Assembly: GCA_035452965.1 (NCBI GenBank) | Contig: DAOTCE010000015.1 | Coordinates: forward strand, 33,818 to 97,817 | Direction of reading: 5' to 3' | DNA: 64,000 bases | DNA from: Minisyncoccota bacterium | Lineage (GTDB): Bacteria > Verrucomicrobiota > Verrucomicrobiia > Limisphaerales > UBA8199 | Part shown: positions 8,006 to 18,400 of the stretch, piece by piece | How positions within the stretch are numbered: the first letter of the stretch is position 1 | Layout of the letters: each line of letters begins with the position of its first letter | Position numbers and translations under genes: made by a program | Notes under the pieces: model-generated | Told to the model about the DNA's origin: nothing | Seen by the model: the letters and a program-made list of their open reading frames with translations, nothing else | Database searches by the model: none

Positions 8006-9166
8006 ATGGCAATTAACCAACTTACCGACCAACTGCCAGTTTACGACAAGCGAACAGGCGCCATTCCAAGCAGCCTGCCCGCTGGCGACTTCGCATCCTG
8101 CCGCTGGTGGGTAATGCTGGGAGCCGTCTGTCACATAGTCATATTTGGGGTAGGATGTTCAGCTCCCTCGGACGTTTCCAAGTCCACAGTGGGCGATTCC
8201 AGCGTTTACACAAATCCCGTGTACGCCGGGTCTATGCCTGACCCGTCGGTAATACGGTACAAAGGGGTCTATTACGCCTTCGGAACGACCGGCAACGGGC
8301 GCACCCCGGATGACCGCATTTTCACGGCGCTGCGCTCACGAAATCTGGTGGATTGGGAGAAGCTGGGCGGCGCCTTGATTCCGCCATCACCTAATCGCCG
8401 CGCGCAGTACTGGGCGCCAGAGGTCACCTTCGACCGGGGCACCTTCTACATGTATTACTCGATGGGGGGCATTGAGACCGAGAAGTTCGAAATCCGTGTC
8501 GCCTCCAGCCGCCAGCCGGAAGGGCCCTACGTGGACACCGGTCACAAACTGGTGGATTGCCAAACCAATCGCTTCACCATTGATGCCTTCCCCTTCAAGG
8601 ATGACGACGGCCAATGGTATATGTTTTACGCGCGCAACTTTCCCACCAATGAACCAGGTCTGCACCCGGGCACAGCCATAGTCGTGGATCGCCTGCTGGA
8701 CATGACCCGCCTGGCGGGGGATTGCCGCGTAGTCGTGCGCGCCCGCTACGACTGGACACTTTACGAAGCCAATCGCCGCATGGACGTGTATGACGCGACC
8801 TTTAACTGGCACACCATTGAAGGGCCATGTGTGGTAAAGCACAATGGCCGCTACTACTGCTTTTACAGCGGGGCCAACTACCAGACTGCCCGCTACGGGG
8901 TGGATTACGTCGTGGCCGACCACCCGCTAGGACCTTACACCGGTCAGGGCGACCATGCCCGGGTGCTGCACAGCGTCGAAGGCCTCGTTCGCGGGCCGGG
9001 CCACCATTCCATCGTGCCGAACCCACACGGGAAGGGGCAGTCTATCCTCTATCACGCCTGGGACCCGGCCATGCGGGTGCGCTGGATGTGCCTGGACAAG
9101 CTGCTCTGGACGCCCGATGGCCCCCGGTGCGAAGGCCCCACCTGGACGGCCCAGCCAGCGCCGTGA
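8006..9166 (+). CDS. Glycoside hydrolase family 43 (beta-xylosidase/alpha-L-arabinofuranosidase-type five-bladed propeller)
   Basis: GH43 blocks NPVYAGSMPDPSVIRYKGVYYAFGT, YWAPEVTFDRGTFYMYYS, IDAFPFKDDDGQWYMFYA and EGPCVVKHNGRYYCFYSG. The ORF opens at 7946. I prefer the ATG at 8006 (GGAGAG lies upstream); the ATG at 8114 (MLGAVCHIVIFGVGCS, lipobox-like) is an alternative. Confidence 0.88.
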   Translation: MAINQLTDQLPVYDKRTGAIPSSLPAGDFASCRWWVMLGAVCHIVIFGVGCSAPSDVSKSTVGDSSVYTNPVYAGSMPDPSVIRYKGVYYAFGTTGNGRTPDDRIFTALRSRNLVDWEKLGGALIPPSPNRRAQYWAPEVTFDRGTFYMYYSMGGIETEKFEIRVASSRQPEGPYVDTGHKLVDCQTNRFTIDAFPFKDDDGQWYMFYARNFPTNEPGLHPGTAIVVDRLLDMTRLAGDCRVVVRARYDWTLYEANRRMDVYDATFNWHTIEGPCVVKHNGRYYCFYSGANYQTARYGVDYVVADHPLGPYTGQGDHARVLHSVEGLVRGPGHHSIVPNPHGKGQSILYHAWDPAMRVRWMCLDKLLWTPDGPRCEGPTWTAQPAP

Positions 9167-9460
9167 CCAGCTTGACAGCCGCCTCGACCGCAGCCGGCGC
9201 ATAGCGCTTAAGGCCTGCAGCCAACACTACGTCATCCTGTTTTCGTTGTTGCCCTTCGACCTGCAGCCCGGGAAGGTATTAGTCGAAAAGTCTGCACAGG
9301 CATGCGAGCGCAACCTGAGCGGTTTCGAACGCAGACGTCCGCCATCAGCTTCAGTTTGGCGAGCTGATTGGATGCCCAATTGCAGTCATAACGCTGCGTC
9401 TGAAGCGCTTCGGCCTTGACCCATTTCGTTGGTCCGCCCACGATTTGCCCTGCAACGATC

Positions 9461-12400
9461 ATGCCATCCTGGATCAACTTCACGTCTGGCGCCCCCAATC
9501 ACTGCCCTTCACGCCCACCAATCTTCCTGCTGCTGCTGCTGGTGGCGCTTGGTTGGGCAAGCCCTTCTGCCGCCCCGGGGGCCGACCTGGACCAAGGCTT
9601 CCAGCGACCACCGGAGTCGGCCCGGGCCTGGGTGTATTGGTTCGTGATGGATGGGAACTTCAGCCGCGAGGGAATCACGGCTGACTTCGAAGCGCTCAAG
9701 CGTGCGGGCATCGGCGGAGTGAGCATGATGGAGGTAGACGTGGGCATCCCGCGGGGCACGGTCAAGTTCATGGGGCCCGAGTGGCGGGCGCTGTTCAAAC
9801 ACGCGGTGGCGGAGGCGGAGCGGTTGGGCTTGCAGATCACCCTGAACGCGGGGCCGGGCTGGACCGGAAGCGGTGGCCCATGGGTCAAGCCGGAGGAATC
9901 CATGCAGCACCTGGTAGCCAGCGCTGTCGAGGTCGCGGGGCCGAAGCGCTTCGACGAAATGCTGCCGCGCCCGCAGCGCCGACCGGCGTTCTTTGGCGAT
10001 GGCCAGTTGCCGGCGGAACTGGAGAAGGCGAAGAACGACTTCTATCGGGACGAGATCGTGCTGGCCTTCCCAACGCCGGCGGGCAATGAGCGCATCAGCG
10101 ACATAGATGAGAAAGCGCTCTACGTGCGCGCGCCCTATTCATCACAGCCCAAGGTGAAGCCATTTCTGCCAACGTCAGCGAGCTATCCGGCGCTGCCGTC
10201 GGAGGCGGTGATCGCGGCCGACCGCGTTCTCGATATCAGTGAACGCATGGGACCGGATGGCCGTCTCGCCTGGGACGTACCGGCGGGCCGTTGGACCATC
10301 ATGCGCTTCGGGCGCACAAGCACGGGCGCCTGCACCCGGCCGGCACCGCTGCCCGGACTGGGCCTGGAGAGTGATAAGATGGACCCCGCTGCGCTCGAGG
10401 CGCATTTCAACGCGTTCGTTGGCGTGTTGCTGCGAGAGATCGGCCCGCGCAAGCAGAGTGCCGAGTCGGGGTGGACGATGCTGCACATTGACAGTTGGGA
10501 AATGGGCGCGCAGAACTGGACCGCCGCTTTCCGCGATGAGTTCCGCCGCCGCCGGGGCTACGATCCGGCGCGCTATTTGCCCGCCGTTACGGGTCGGGTG
10601 GTGGACAGCCTGGAGGTGACGGAACGCTTCCTATGGGACGTGCGGCAGACGGCGCAGGAACTGGTCATTCAGAATCACGCGGAACGACTGAAGGAACTGG
10701 GACGCCGGCACGGCTTCGGCCTTTCCATCGAGCCTTACGACATGATGCCGTGCTCCGACATGAGCTTCGGCGCGGTGGCCGATGTGCCCATGTGCGAGTT
10801 CTGGCTGCATGGGTTCGACACCACCTACAGCGTTATCGAAGCAGCGTCCGTTGCGCACACCTGCGGAAAGCAGATCGTAGCGGCAGAGGCGTTCACCTCT
10901 GACGACACCGAGCGGTGGCAGGCCTATCCAGGAGCGATGAAAATCCTGGGCGATTGGGCATTCAGCTCGGGAGTCAACCGCATCGTCTTCCACCGCTACC
11001 AGCACCAGCCGCAGCTCGACGCGCGCCCGGGCATGACGATGGGGCCGTATGGCGTGCATTGGGAACGCACACAGACCTGGTGGGACATGGCAGGCGCGTA
11101 TCACGAATACCTCGCGCGCTGCCAGTTCATGTTGCGCCAGGGGCTGCCGGTGGCCGATGTCTGCTTCCTCGTGCCGGAGGGTTCGCCCCACGTATTCCGT
11201 CCGCCTTCATCCGCTCGCATCGGCCAGCCGCCTGACCGGCCCGGCTACAACTACGACGGCTGTGCGCCGGAGACACTTATGTCGCGCATGTCGGTCGCAG
11301 CCGATGGCCGGCTCGTATTGCCCGACGGCATGAGCTACCGCGTGCTGGTCTTGCCGGAGATGCCGACCATGACTCCGGCGCTTTTGCGGAAAGTTCGGGA
11401 CTTGGTTAAGGCCGGCGCGACGGTGGTCGGTTCGCCGCCGCTGAAATCGCCCAGCTTGAGCGGCTATCCGCAGTGCGACGATGAAGTGCAGAAGCTCGCG
11501 GCAGAATTGTGGGGAGATGGATCCGGTGCTCCCCGCCTCCAGGGCCGGGTTATTCGAGAAGCCGGGAAGAATGCAGCCCGCTCTGGGAAATCCCCCGAGC
11601 CGATCAAGCTAAGTAAATGGATCTGGCACCATGAAGGCAACCCTGCCGACAGTGCCCCTGTGGGATCACGGTATTTCCGCCGCAGCTTCAATCTAGACGG
11701 TAAAGGGGACGTTGAATCCGGCCGTGTTTACATGACCGCGGACAACAGCTTCGCGCTGTGGGTTAATGGCCGGCCCGCGGGCAAGGGGAACAACTTCCAC
11801 GCCGTGTCCGTGCTCGATGTCACGCAAATGCTCCGGCCTGGCGAGAACATCTTGGCGGTGGCTGCGGAAAATGGCGGCACCGCGCCAAACCCAGCCGGAC
11901 TCACCGGTGCGCTGGTCGTGAAGTTCCGTGACGGTCATGTCTTCACGGTACTTACCGACAAGACCTGGCATGCGGCCCAAGACACCCAAGGCAAGTGGGC
12001 CACTGCCCGAGTGGCGGCGGGGCACTGGACCGGGGCCATGGAATTGGGCCCGGCAGGCATGGCTCCGTGGGGAGAGGTGGGACTACCGGCCGTTGAGCCG
12101 GAGCAATTCTGCGACTTCACGGTCGTGTCAGCGGTACTTAGTGAGCTTGGTGTGCGGCCAGACTTCGAGTCCGACGCCCCGCTGCGCTATACCCACCGGC
12201 AGACCAGGGATGCGGATATCTACTTCGTCGCCAACCGCGAGGAACGCCCGGTTGAGACAAGCTGCATTTTCCGGGTGGCGGGCAAAGCGCCCGAATTGTG
12301 GGATCCGTTGACCGGCCAAACGCGCACCCTGCCTGAGTTCACTGTTCGGGATGGGCGCACGACGGTCCCAATGCGCTTCGAGCCGGCGCAGTCGTTCTTC

Positions 12401-15400
12401 GTTGTGTTCCGAAAGACCGAGGGCAGTGCGGGGGGGCGGAATTTCCCCAGGGAATCCAAAGTGGCCGATCTACCTGGCTCCTGGAATGTCGCGTTCGACC
12501 CCAAGTGGGGCGGGCCGCAGAACGTGGTATTCGACCGCCTGCAGGACTGGAGCAAGCGCAAGGAAGACGGTATCCGTTACTATTCCGGGACCGCGATCTA
12601 CCGCAAGAGCTTCGATGCGCCCAAGAGCGTGCGCGGGCAGCGGATGCACCTGGATTTGGGCGCGGTGAAGAACCTGGCGGCGGTCCGGTTGAATGGTCGG
12701 GACCTGGGCGTAGTATGGTGCGCGCCCTGGCGAGTGGACATCACCGACTCCGCCAAGGTGAAGGGAAACCAGTTGGAAATCACCGTGGCTAACCTGTGGC
12801 CGAATCGGTTGATCGGCGACCAGTCGCTTCCCCCCGAACAGCGGCTGACCTCAACAACCTGGAACCCTTTCAAGAAGGATTCGCCCTTGCTGGAGTCGGG
12901 CCTGCTGGGCCCGGTATCGTTGGTTGCAGTCGAGGGTGCTTCGGCTGCCGAGCCAAAACGAAAACGGGCCGACGCTCAGACTGGCCATACACAAACCGCC
13001 GACTGCGCTATCGTCGAGCACCCGGGCAGCCGTCTGGTAACACTCGCGGATGCGAGGAGCAACCTGGTGCTGCGCTTGAACTACAATGGCCGTTGCCTGC
13101 TGGACCGGGTCATAGTCCGCAGCCGCGAAGTGATCGCTCCGGAAACCGGCGTGTGCAGCGCCATCCAGGTCTCGAACCACTGGTTCACCACGCGCAGCGG
13201 CATACCTGCGCCCAAAGTAGCTGTCAGCCGGAACAAGGTGACGGTGCGCGAGATTGTCTTCGGAGGCATGGGTATTCAGGTAACGGAGAACTGGGAATTC
13301 ACCGTGCACCCGGATCGGATTCTCTGGCAGATCAGCCGCAACTACGGGATGGCCGGCCGGCTCGAAGATTCGTACTGCCCGGGGTGGGACTTCCGCGACA
13401 TGAACACCTGGACCGGCGGGCTGCTGGACACTGGCGGCGTGGTCTGGAACAAGTACCTGGAGACCTCCAATGCTACTTACGGCGCCCACGCCAGCGCCGT
13501 CACATTTTGGAATCGAGACGACGGTGCTTGTCTTCGCATCAAAAGTGAAGCAGGCGCATCCCGCCCGCCGCCGCACCTGGCGATGAGGTTCTCACACCAG
13601 CCCTCAGGGATCCAAACTGCAAGTTTTTCGGTCACCGACAGTGAACTCAAGCCGAGGCATGACCTGCGCCGTTTCCATCCCTCCCGGCAAGACCTGTGGG
13701 CGCCATACGAGGTCAAACCAGACCAGCTAACGGTGACCTACAGCCTCCAATCGCTGGATTACGGCAAGGCGTTCGATCGAGGTTCATTCCAGGGCCTCAA
13801 CGGCAAGAGCATTCGCGACTTGCTGAATACCATTGGCCGCTATGGGGTCATTGACCGTCGTATTCTCGGCGCCAACGGCTGGCGCACCGGGTTTACCTGC
13901 CTGCACGAGCAATGGTTCTCGCAGATGGGCATCGCTATTGACGATCCGGATTACCTGGCGAACTGCGCCGCCACTTTCGACTTCGAGCGGGACCACGCCA
14001 TTGAGCCGAGCGGACGCGTCAAGTCACGCTGGTGTTGCCTCGCTCACGACGCCATGCCCGGCACCTACGACGCCAACGGCTACTATGAGGCGCAGTGGGG
14101 CTACCTGCTGGATTCGCAGCCCTGCTACGTCATTTGCGTGGCGGAATTGTTCGACCTCACCGGCGACCAGGAATGGCTGCGTGGGCAGAAATCCGCCTGC
14201 GAGCGCGCGCTGGATTACCTGTTGCGCCGCGACGCCGATGGCGACGGGCTGGTCGAGATGATGACCGACAGTCACAAGCAGGAGCGCGGGAGCGACTGGA
14301 TTGATGTGATTTGGGCCGCGCACGAAAACGCGCTGGTCAACGCGGAGCTGTACTACGCCTTGCTCCTCTGGGCCGATGCTGAGGAGGTGCTGGGCGACGA
14401 CGCGCGCGCGGCGGACTATCGCCGATGCGCCGCGAAGCTGAAGGTCAACTTTAACAGAACCGCCGCGGAGGGCGGCTTTTGGGATCCGCAAAACCAGTGG
14501 TATGCATATTGGCGGGAAAAGGACGGCTCCATCCACGGCAACAACCTCGTAACCCCCGTACAGTTCACCGCCATCGGCTATGGCTTGTGCGACGATGCGG
14601 AGCGGCGCGAGGCAATTCTGCGCCGCATCGAGAAGGAAATGCGGAATGAAAACCTGTTCTTCTGGCCGCTGAACTTCTTTCCCTACCAGCCCGGGGAAGG
14701 CCACGCCACGGTCAACTTCCCGTTCCCCAACTACGAGAATGGCGACATCTTCCTTTCCTGGGGAGAACTGGCGGTGCGCGCCTACGCCAAGTCCGATCCG
14801 GCCATTGCGGTCAAGTACATCAGGAACGTGCTCGACCGGTATGAAGCCGACGGACTGTCATTCCAGCGCTACGAGCGCAAGTCCCAACGCGGTGCGGGCG
14901 AGGACATTCTGGCGGGCAACTGCATGCCGGTGGTAGGGCTGTATCGCAACATCTACGGCCTCCAGCCTAAACACGACCGCATCTACCTCGAACCACACTT
15001 GACTCCGGAACTCAGCGGCACGCGGCTTCGCTATCAACTGCGGAACCAATCCTATCTGATAGACCTTACCACGGCTGCGACTCGCGTGGAAGTGGAGGAC
15101 TTTGCGGTACGCTCGGCGCAGCCTTTTGCGCTGAGTGCGAAAGGGGATACGGCCCAGCTTTTCCCCGGCAAGTCGGGCGGACCCGCAATGACGCTGAGCC
15201 GTTCCCGTCGTGCGCCGGTGGAGATCGAACTGGACACCCGGCTTGCGGACATGGCGTCGGAGAGGAAATGGATCGTATCCTCCGGAAGCGCGGGGGTGGT
15301 TATCTGGCATGTCGTTTCTCACCTGACGCCACACGCGAAGTACGAGCTGCGTCGGGAGAACCACAAGGTCGGTTCCTTCAAGGCTGACGGTGGGGGACAA

Positions 15401-15463
15401 GTGGAATTCAAGTGCGAATTCGACGCCACGGAGCCGCAGCACTTCGAACTGCTTCAACAATGA
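9461..15463 (+). CDS. Giant secreted glycosidase: GH106-like (PF17132-type, alpha-L-rhamnosidase-like) module fused to an ~840-aa C-terminal extension containing a six-hairpin (alpha/alpha)6 glycosidase-like domain
   Basis: The ORF opens at 9416; the ATG at 9461 gives the signal peptide MPSWINF..PPIFLLLLLVALGWASPSAA. The N-terminal block FQRPPESARAWVYWFVMDGNFSREGITADFEALKRAGIGGVSMMEVD and the C-terminal block YYSGTAIYRKSF..LDLGAVKNLAAVRLNGRDLGVVW..LWPNRLIGD are shared with the two paralogs in the window. An inserted WIWHHEGNP..YFRRSF..ALWVNGRPAG..GENILAVAA segment resembles rhamnosidase N-terminal/galactose-binding-like domains. The extension contains DADGDGLVEMM..SDWIDVIWAAHENALVNAELYYALLLWADAEEVLGD. 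Family names are tentative. Confidence 0.82.
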   Translation: MPSWINFTSGAPNHCPSRPPIFLLLLLVALGWASPSAAPGADLDQGFQRPPESARAWVYWFVMDGNFSREGITADFEALKRAGIGGVSMMEVDVGIPRGTVKFMGPEWRALFKHAVAEAERLGLQITLNAGPGWTGSGGPWVKPEESMQHLVASAVEVAGPKRFDEMLPRPQRRPAFFGDGQLPAELEKAKNDFYRDEIVLAFPTPAGNERISDIDEKALYVRAPYSSQPKVKPFLPTSASYPALPSEAVIAADRVLDISERMGPDGRLAWDVPAGRWTIMRFGRTSTGACTRPAPLPGLGLESDKMDPAALEAHFNAFVGVLLREIGPRKQSAESGWTMLHIDSWEMGAQNWTAAFRDEFRRRRGYDPARYLPAVTGRVVDSLEVTERFLWDVRQTAQELVIQNHAERLKELGRRHGFGLSIEPYDMMPCSDMSFGAVADVPMCEFWLHGFDTTYSVIEAASVAHTCGKQIVAAEAFTSDDTERWQAYPGAMKILGDWAFSSGVNRIVFHRYQHQPQLDARPGMTMGPYGVHWERTQTWWDMAGAYHEYLARCQFMLRQGLPVADVCFLVPEGSPHVFRPPSSARIGQPPDRPGYNYDGCAPETLMSRMSVAADGRLVLPDGMSYRVLVLPEMPTMTPALLRKVRDLVKAGATVVGSPPLKSPSLSGYPQCDDEVQKLAAELWGDGSGAPRLQGRVIREAGKNAARSGKSPEPIKLSKWIWHHEGNPADSAPVGSRYFRRSFNLDGKGDVESGRVYMTADNSFALWVNGRPAGKGNNFHAVSVLDVTQMLRPGENILAVAAENGGTAPNPAGLTGALVVKFRDGHVFTVLTDKTWHAAQDTQGKWATARVAAGHWTGAMELGPAGMAPWGEVGLPAVEPEQFCDFTVVSAVLSELGVRPDFESDAPLRYTHRQTRDADIYFVANREERPVETSCIFRVAGKAPELWDPLTGQTRTLPEFTVRDGRTTVPMRFEPAQSFFVVFRKTEGSAGGRNFPRESKVADLPGSWNVAFDPKWGGPQNVVFDRLQDWSKRKEDGIRYYSGTAIYRKSFDAPKSVRGQRMHLDLGAVKNLAAVRLNGRDLGVVWCAPWRVDITDSAKVKGNQLEITVANLWPNRLIGDQSLPPEQRLTSTTWNPFKKDSPLLESGLLGPVSLVAVEGASAAEPKRKRADAQTGHTQTADCAIVEHPGSRLVTLADARSNLVLRLNYNGRCLLDRVIVRSREVIAPETGVCSAIQVSNHWFTTRSGIPAPKVAVSRNKVTVREIVFGGMGIQVTENWEFTVHPDRILWQISRNYGMAGRLEDSYCPGWDFRDMNTWTGGLLDTGGVVWNKYLETSNATYGAHASAVTFWNRDDGACLRIKSEAGASRPPPHLAMRFSHQPSGIQTASFSVTDSELKPRHDLRRFHPSRQDLWAPYEVKPDQLTVTYSLQSLDYGKAFDRGSFQGLNGKSIRDLLNTIGRYGVIDRRILGANGWRTGFTCLHEQWFSQMGIAIDDPDYLANCAATFDFERDHAIEPSGRVKSRWCCLAHDAMPGTYDANGYYEAQWGYLLDSQPCYVICVAELFDLTGDQEWLRGQKSACERALDYLLRRDADGDGLVEMMTDSHKQERGSDWIDVIWAAHENALVNAELYYALLLWADAEEVLGDDARAADYRRCAAKLKVNFNRTAAEGGFWDPQNQWYAYWREKDGSIHGNNLVTPVQFTAIGYGLCDDAERREAILRRIEKEMRNENLFFWPLNFFPYQPGEGHATVNFPFPNYENGDIFLSWGELAVRAYAKSDPAIAVKYIRNVLDRYEADGLSFQRYERKSQRGAGEDILAGNCMPVVGLYRNIYGLQPKHDRIYLEPHLTPELSGTRLRYQLRNQSYLIDLTTAATRVEVEDFAVRSAQPFALSAKGDTAQLFPGKSGGPAMTLSRSRRAPVEIELDTRLADMASERKWIVSSGSAGVVIWHVVSHLTPHAKYELRRENHKVGSFKADGGGQVEFKCEFDATEPQHFELLQQ

Positions 15464-18400
15464 GAACAGTCATTCATGTCGCATTCATGTTGCGCAGCGC
15501 GGTGCTCGTGCTGCTATTCTGCATAGCAACACCAGTTTGGGGGGGGGCCGGCCAAACTGCGGGAGGGGAGCATGATGAGCTTGCCAACGGCTTCGCCGAT
15601 CCGCCCAACAGCGCCCGCCTGCGCGCGTATTGGTGGTGGCTCAATGGAAATGTCACCAAAGCCGCTATTACCCGCGACCTGGAAGAAATGAAGGCCAAGG
15701 GCTTCGGCGGCGCATTGATTTGCGATGCGGGCGGCGCGCAACAGGACGGTAACGACCCGGTGCCGCACGGCCCCACTTTCTTTACGCCCGAGTGGCGCGA
15801 ACTCTACATACACGCGCTGCGCGAGGCCGAGCGCCTGGGCTTGGAGATGAGCTTGAACATACAGAGCGGATGGAACCTGGGCGGACCTATGGTCAAAGCC
15901 GAAGACGCGGCGAAGAAGCTGACCTGGTCGGAGGCCCTCATTAGCGGACCGGCCAAATACGCTGCGGCGCTGCCGGTGCCAAAAGCCCGGGAAGGATTTT
16001 ATCGTGACGTCGCCACAGTGGCGTATCGGCGGACAGCCAGGGCGCGACAGCCGGCCCCGCCAAGCATCACGAGCAGTTCCTCACAGCCGGACCACCTGGC
16101 CGAACTGGCGTGCGACGGCAACTCAGACACGTATTGGGTCTCCTCGGGCACGAAGCCCGGCGAGGGCCCAACTGCGGCTCGCCCTGAGTGGATCCAACTG
16201 AGCTTTCCGCAGACAGTCCGGGGCCTGAAGCTCCATGTCATGGGAAGGCCCGGTTACGGCCCGAAGGAGTGTGAGCTGCAGGTTTCCAACGACGGCAAGA
16301 CCTTCCGGTCCGAGCGTCGGTTTGGCATGGCGGACGGCGAGTCAGCAGAACTAAGCATGGTTGACGCGGACGCCTCGAACATCCGAATCGTTGTGCTGGC
16401 GGCATACGACCGGGGATCGCCTGGTGCGCCACGGAATGTGCAAATTGGCGAGATAAGCTGCTTTTGGAAGGACCATTCCCTGGGGCAGCCCGCGCGCCCG
16501 CCGCTTCAAAATTGGGAGCAAAAAGCGATCTACAAGCCTCTGCACTTTTCTGCGCCTGACACCGCGCCCCTGTTTGAGGAACTGCCGGCCACTCCTGGCG
16601 AGGAGGACACCCGGGCTGCAGATGTCCTGGACCTTACCGCGATGCTCTCCAAAGAAGGCATCTTGCACTGGGATGTCCCGGAGGGCACGTGGCAGGTTAT
16701 TCGGCTCGGCTGCACGATTGGGAACCATTCGCACGTGTCAACTTGCAGCGATGGCTGGCAAGGCTACTCCCTGGACGTGTTGGATGCGGGCGCGTTCCGG
16801 CGTTACTGGGATGCGGTGGTCGAGCCGCTGATCGCCGACGCCGGTCCGTTGGCGGGGCGCACTCTCAAGTATCTGCACACGGACAGTTGGGAAGTCGAGC
16901 CGCTGAATTGGACTCCCAACCTGCGCGCCGAGTTCCGCAAGCGCCGGGGCTACGACCCGCTGCCGTTCTTCCCCGTGCTGGCGGGCCGGATCGTAGATTC
17001 ACGCCCGGCCAGCAACCGCTTTCTGTATGACTTCCGCAAAACACTTGGCGACCTGGCTGTTGACAACCACTACCGCATCTTCCGCGACCTCGCACACAAA
17101 CACGGCCTCCAAATCCATCCCGAGTCCGGCGGACCCCATGCGGTGCCGATTGACGCCCAGCGCTGCCTCGGCATGGATGACGCGCCTATGTCCGAATTCT
17201 GGGCCTGGTCGTGGCGGCACCGGGTCGGGGAAAGCAACCGGTTCTTCGTGAAGCAGCCTGCCTCGGCGGCCCACACCTATGGGCACCGGCTGGTGTTAGC
17301 GGAAGGATTTACCACCATCGGCCCGCATTGGCAGGAGACGCTCTGGGATAATCTGAAACCCTCTTTCGACCAGGCCGCCTGCGAGGGCCTGAACCTGTTG
17401 GTCTGGCATGCGTTCGTGTGCTCCCCGGAGGAGATGGGTCTGCCGGGGCAACAGTATTTTGCCGGAACTCACTTCAATCCAAACACGACGTGGTGGTCGA
17501 GGTCCGCCCCCTTCCTGGCCTATCTCAATCGCTGCCAGTTCATGCTGCAGCAGGGCCTGTTCGTCGCGGATGCCTGCTACTACTATGGCGACCACGTGCC
17601 GAACTTCGCTCAGCTCAAACGCAGCGATCCGGCGCATGTGCTGCCCGGCTACGATTACGATGTCGTGACCGAGGATGTTATCCTCAAGCGCATGTCCGTG
17701 CGGGACGGCCGAATCGTGCTGCCGGACGGGATGAGTTACCGTGTGCTTGCGTTGCCGGATCGGCCCGGCATCTCGCTCGCGGTGCTCAAGAAACTGGAGA
17801 AGATGGTCAAAGCCGGCGCGACCATCGTCGGCCCCAGGCCTGCGCAAACCTATTCATTGAGCGGGTATCCCAAATGCGATGCCGAGGTGGTCCGGCTCGC
17901 GGATCGGTTGTGGGGGAACGATCGGCAGGTGAGCGGCATAAGGCGCTATGGCTGTGGGCGCGTGATCTCCGGGCAGACTCCCCGCCAAGTGCTCGGTGGT
18001 GATGGGCTCAAACCGGACTTCGGCTTCCGGCTGCAGCCGCAACCCACAACCTTGGACCCACAAGCCCCACCGGTGCTGGATTACATTCACCGAGCCAGCC
18101 GCGAAGCGGACATCTACTTTGTGGCAAACCGCTCCAACTGCTGGCTGAAGCCGGATTGCACCTTTCGCGTGGCCGGCAAAGTCCCCGAGCTTTGGGACCC
18201 ACTGACCGGAAGCAGCCGCCTCGCCGCGGTTTACACGCGTAGCGAAGAAACCACCACGCTGCCCCTTCAGTTTGCGCCGTATGGCTCCATGTTCGTGGTG
18301 TTCCGTCAGCCAGCCTCACCCAAGTCCGTCGCCACTGGTCAAACAGGTTCGAATTTCCCGGCCTACTCGGAGCCGCACGAACTCTCCGGAGCGTGGACTG

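Noticed and set aside
9232-9498. 88-aa minus-strand ORF in the GH43/GH106 intergenic region
   Set aside because: It has no recognisable family, overlaps the preferred start of the 2015-aa gene and has no convincing start context. It is possibly a gene remnant, but that is unsupported.
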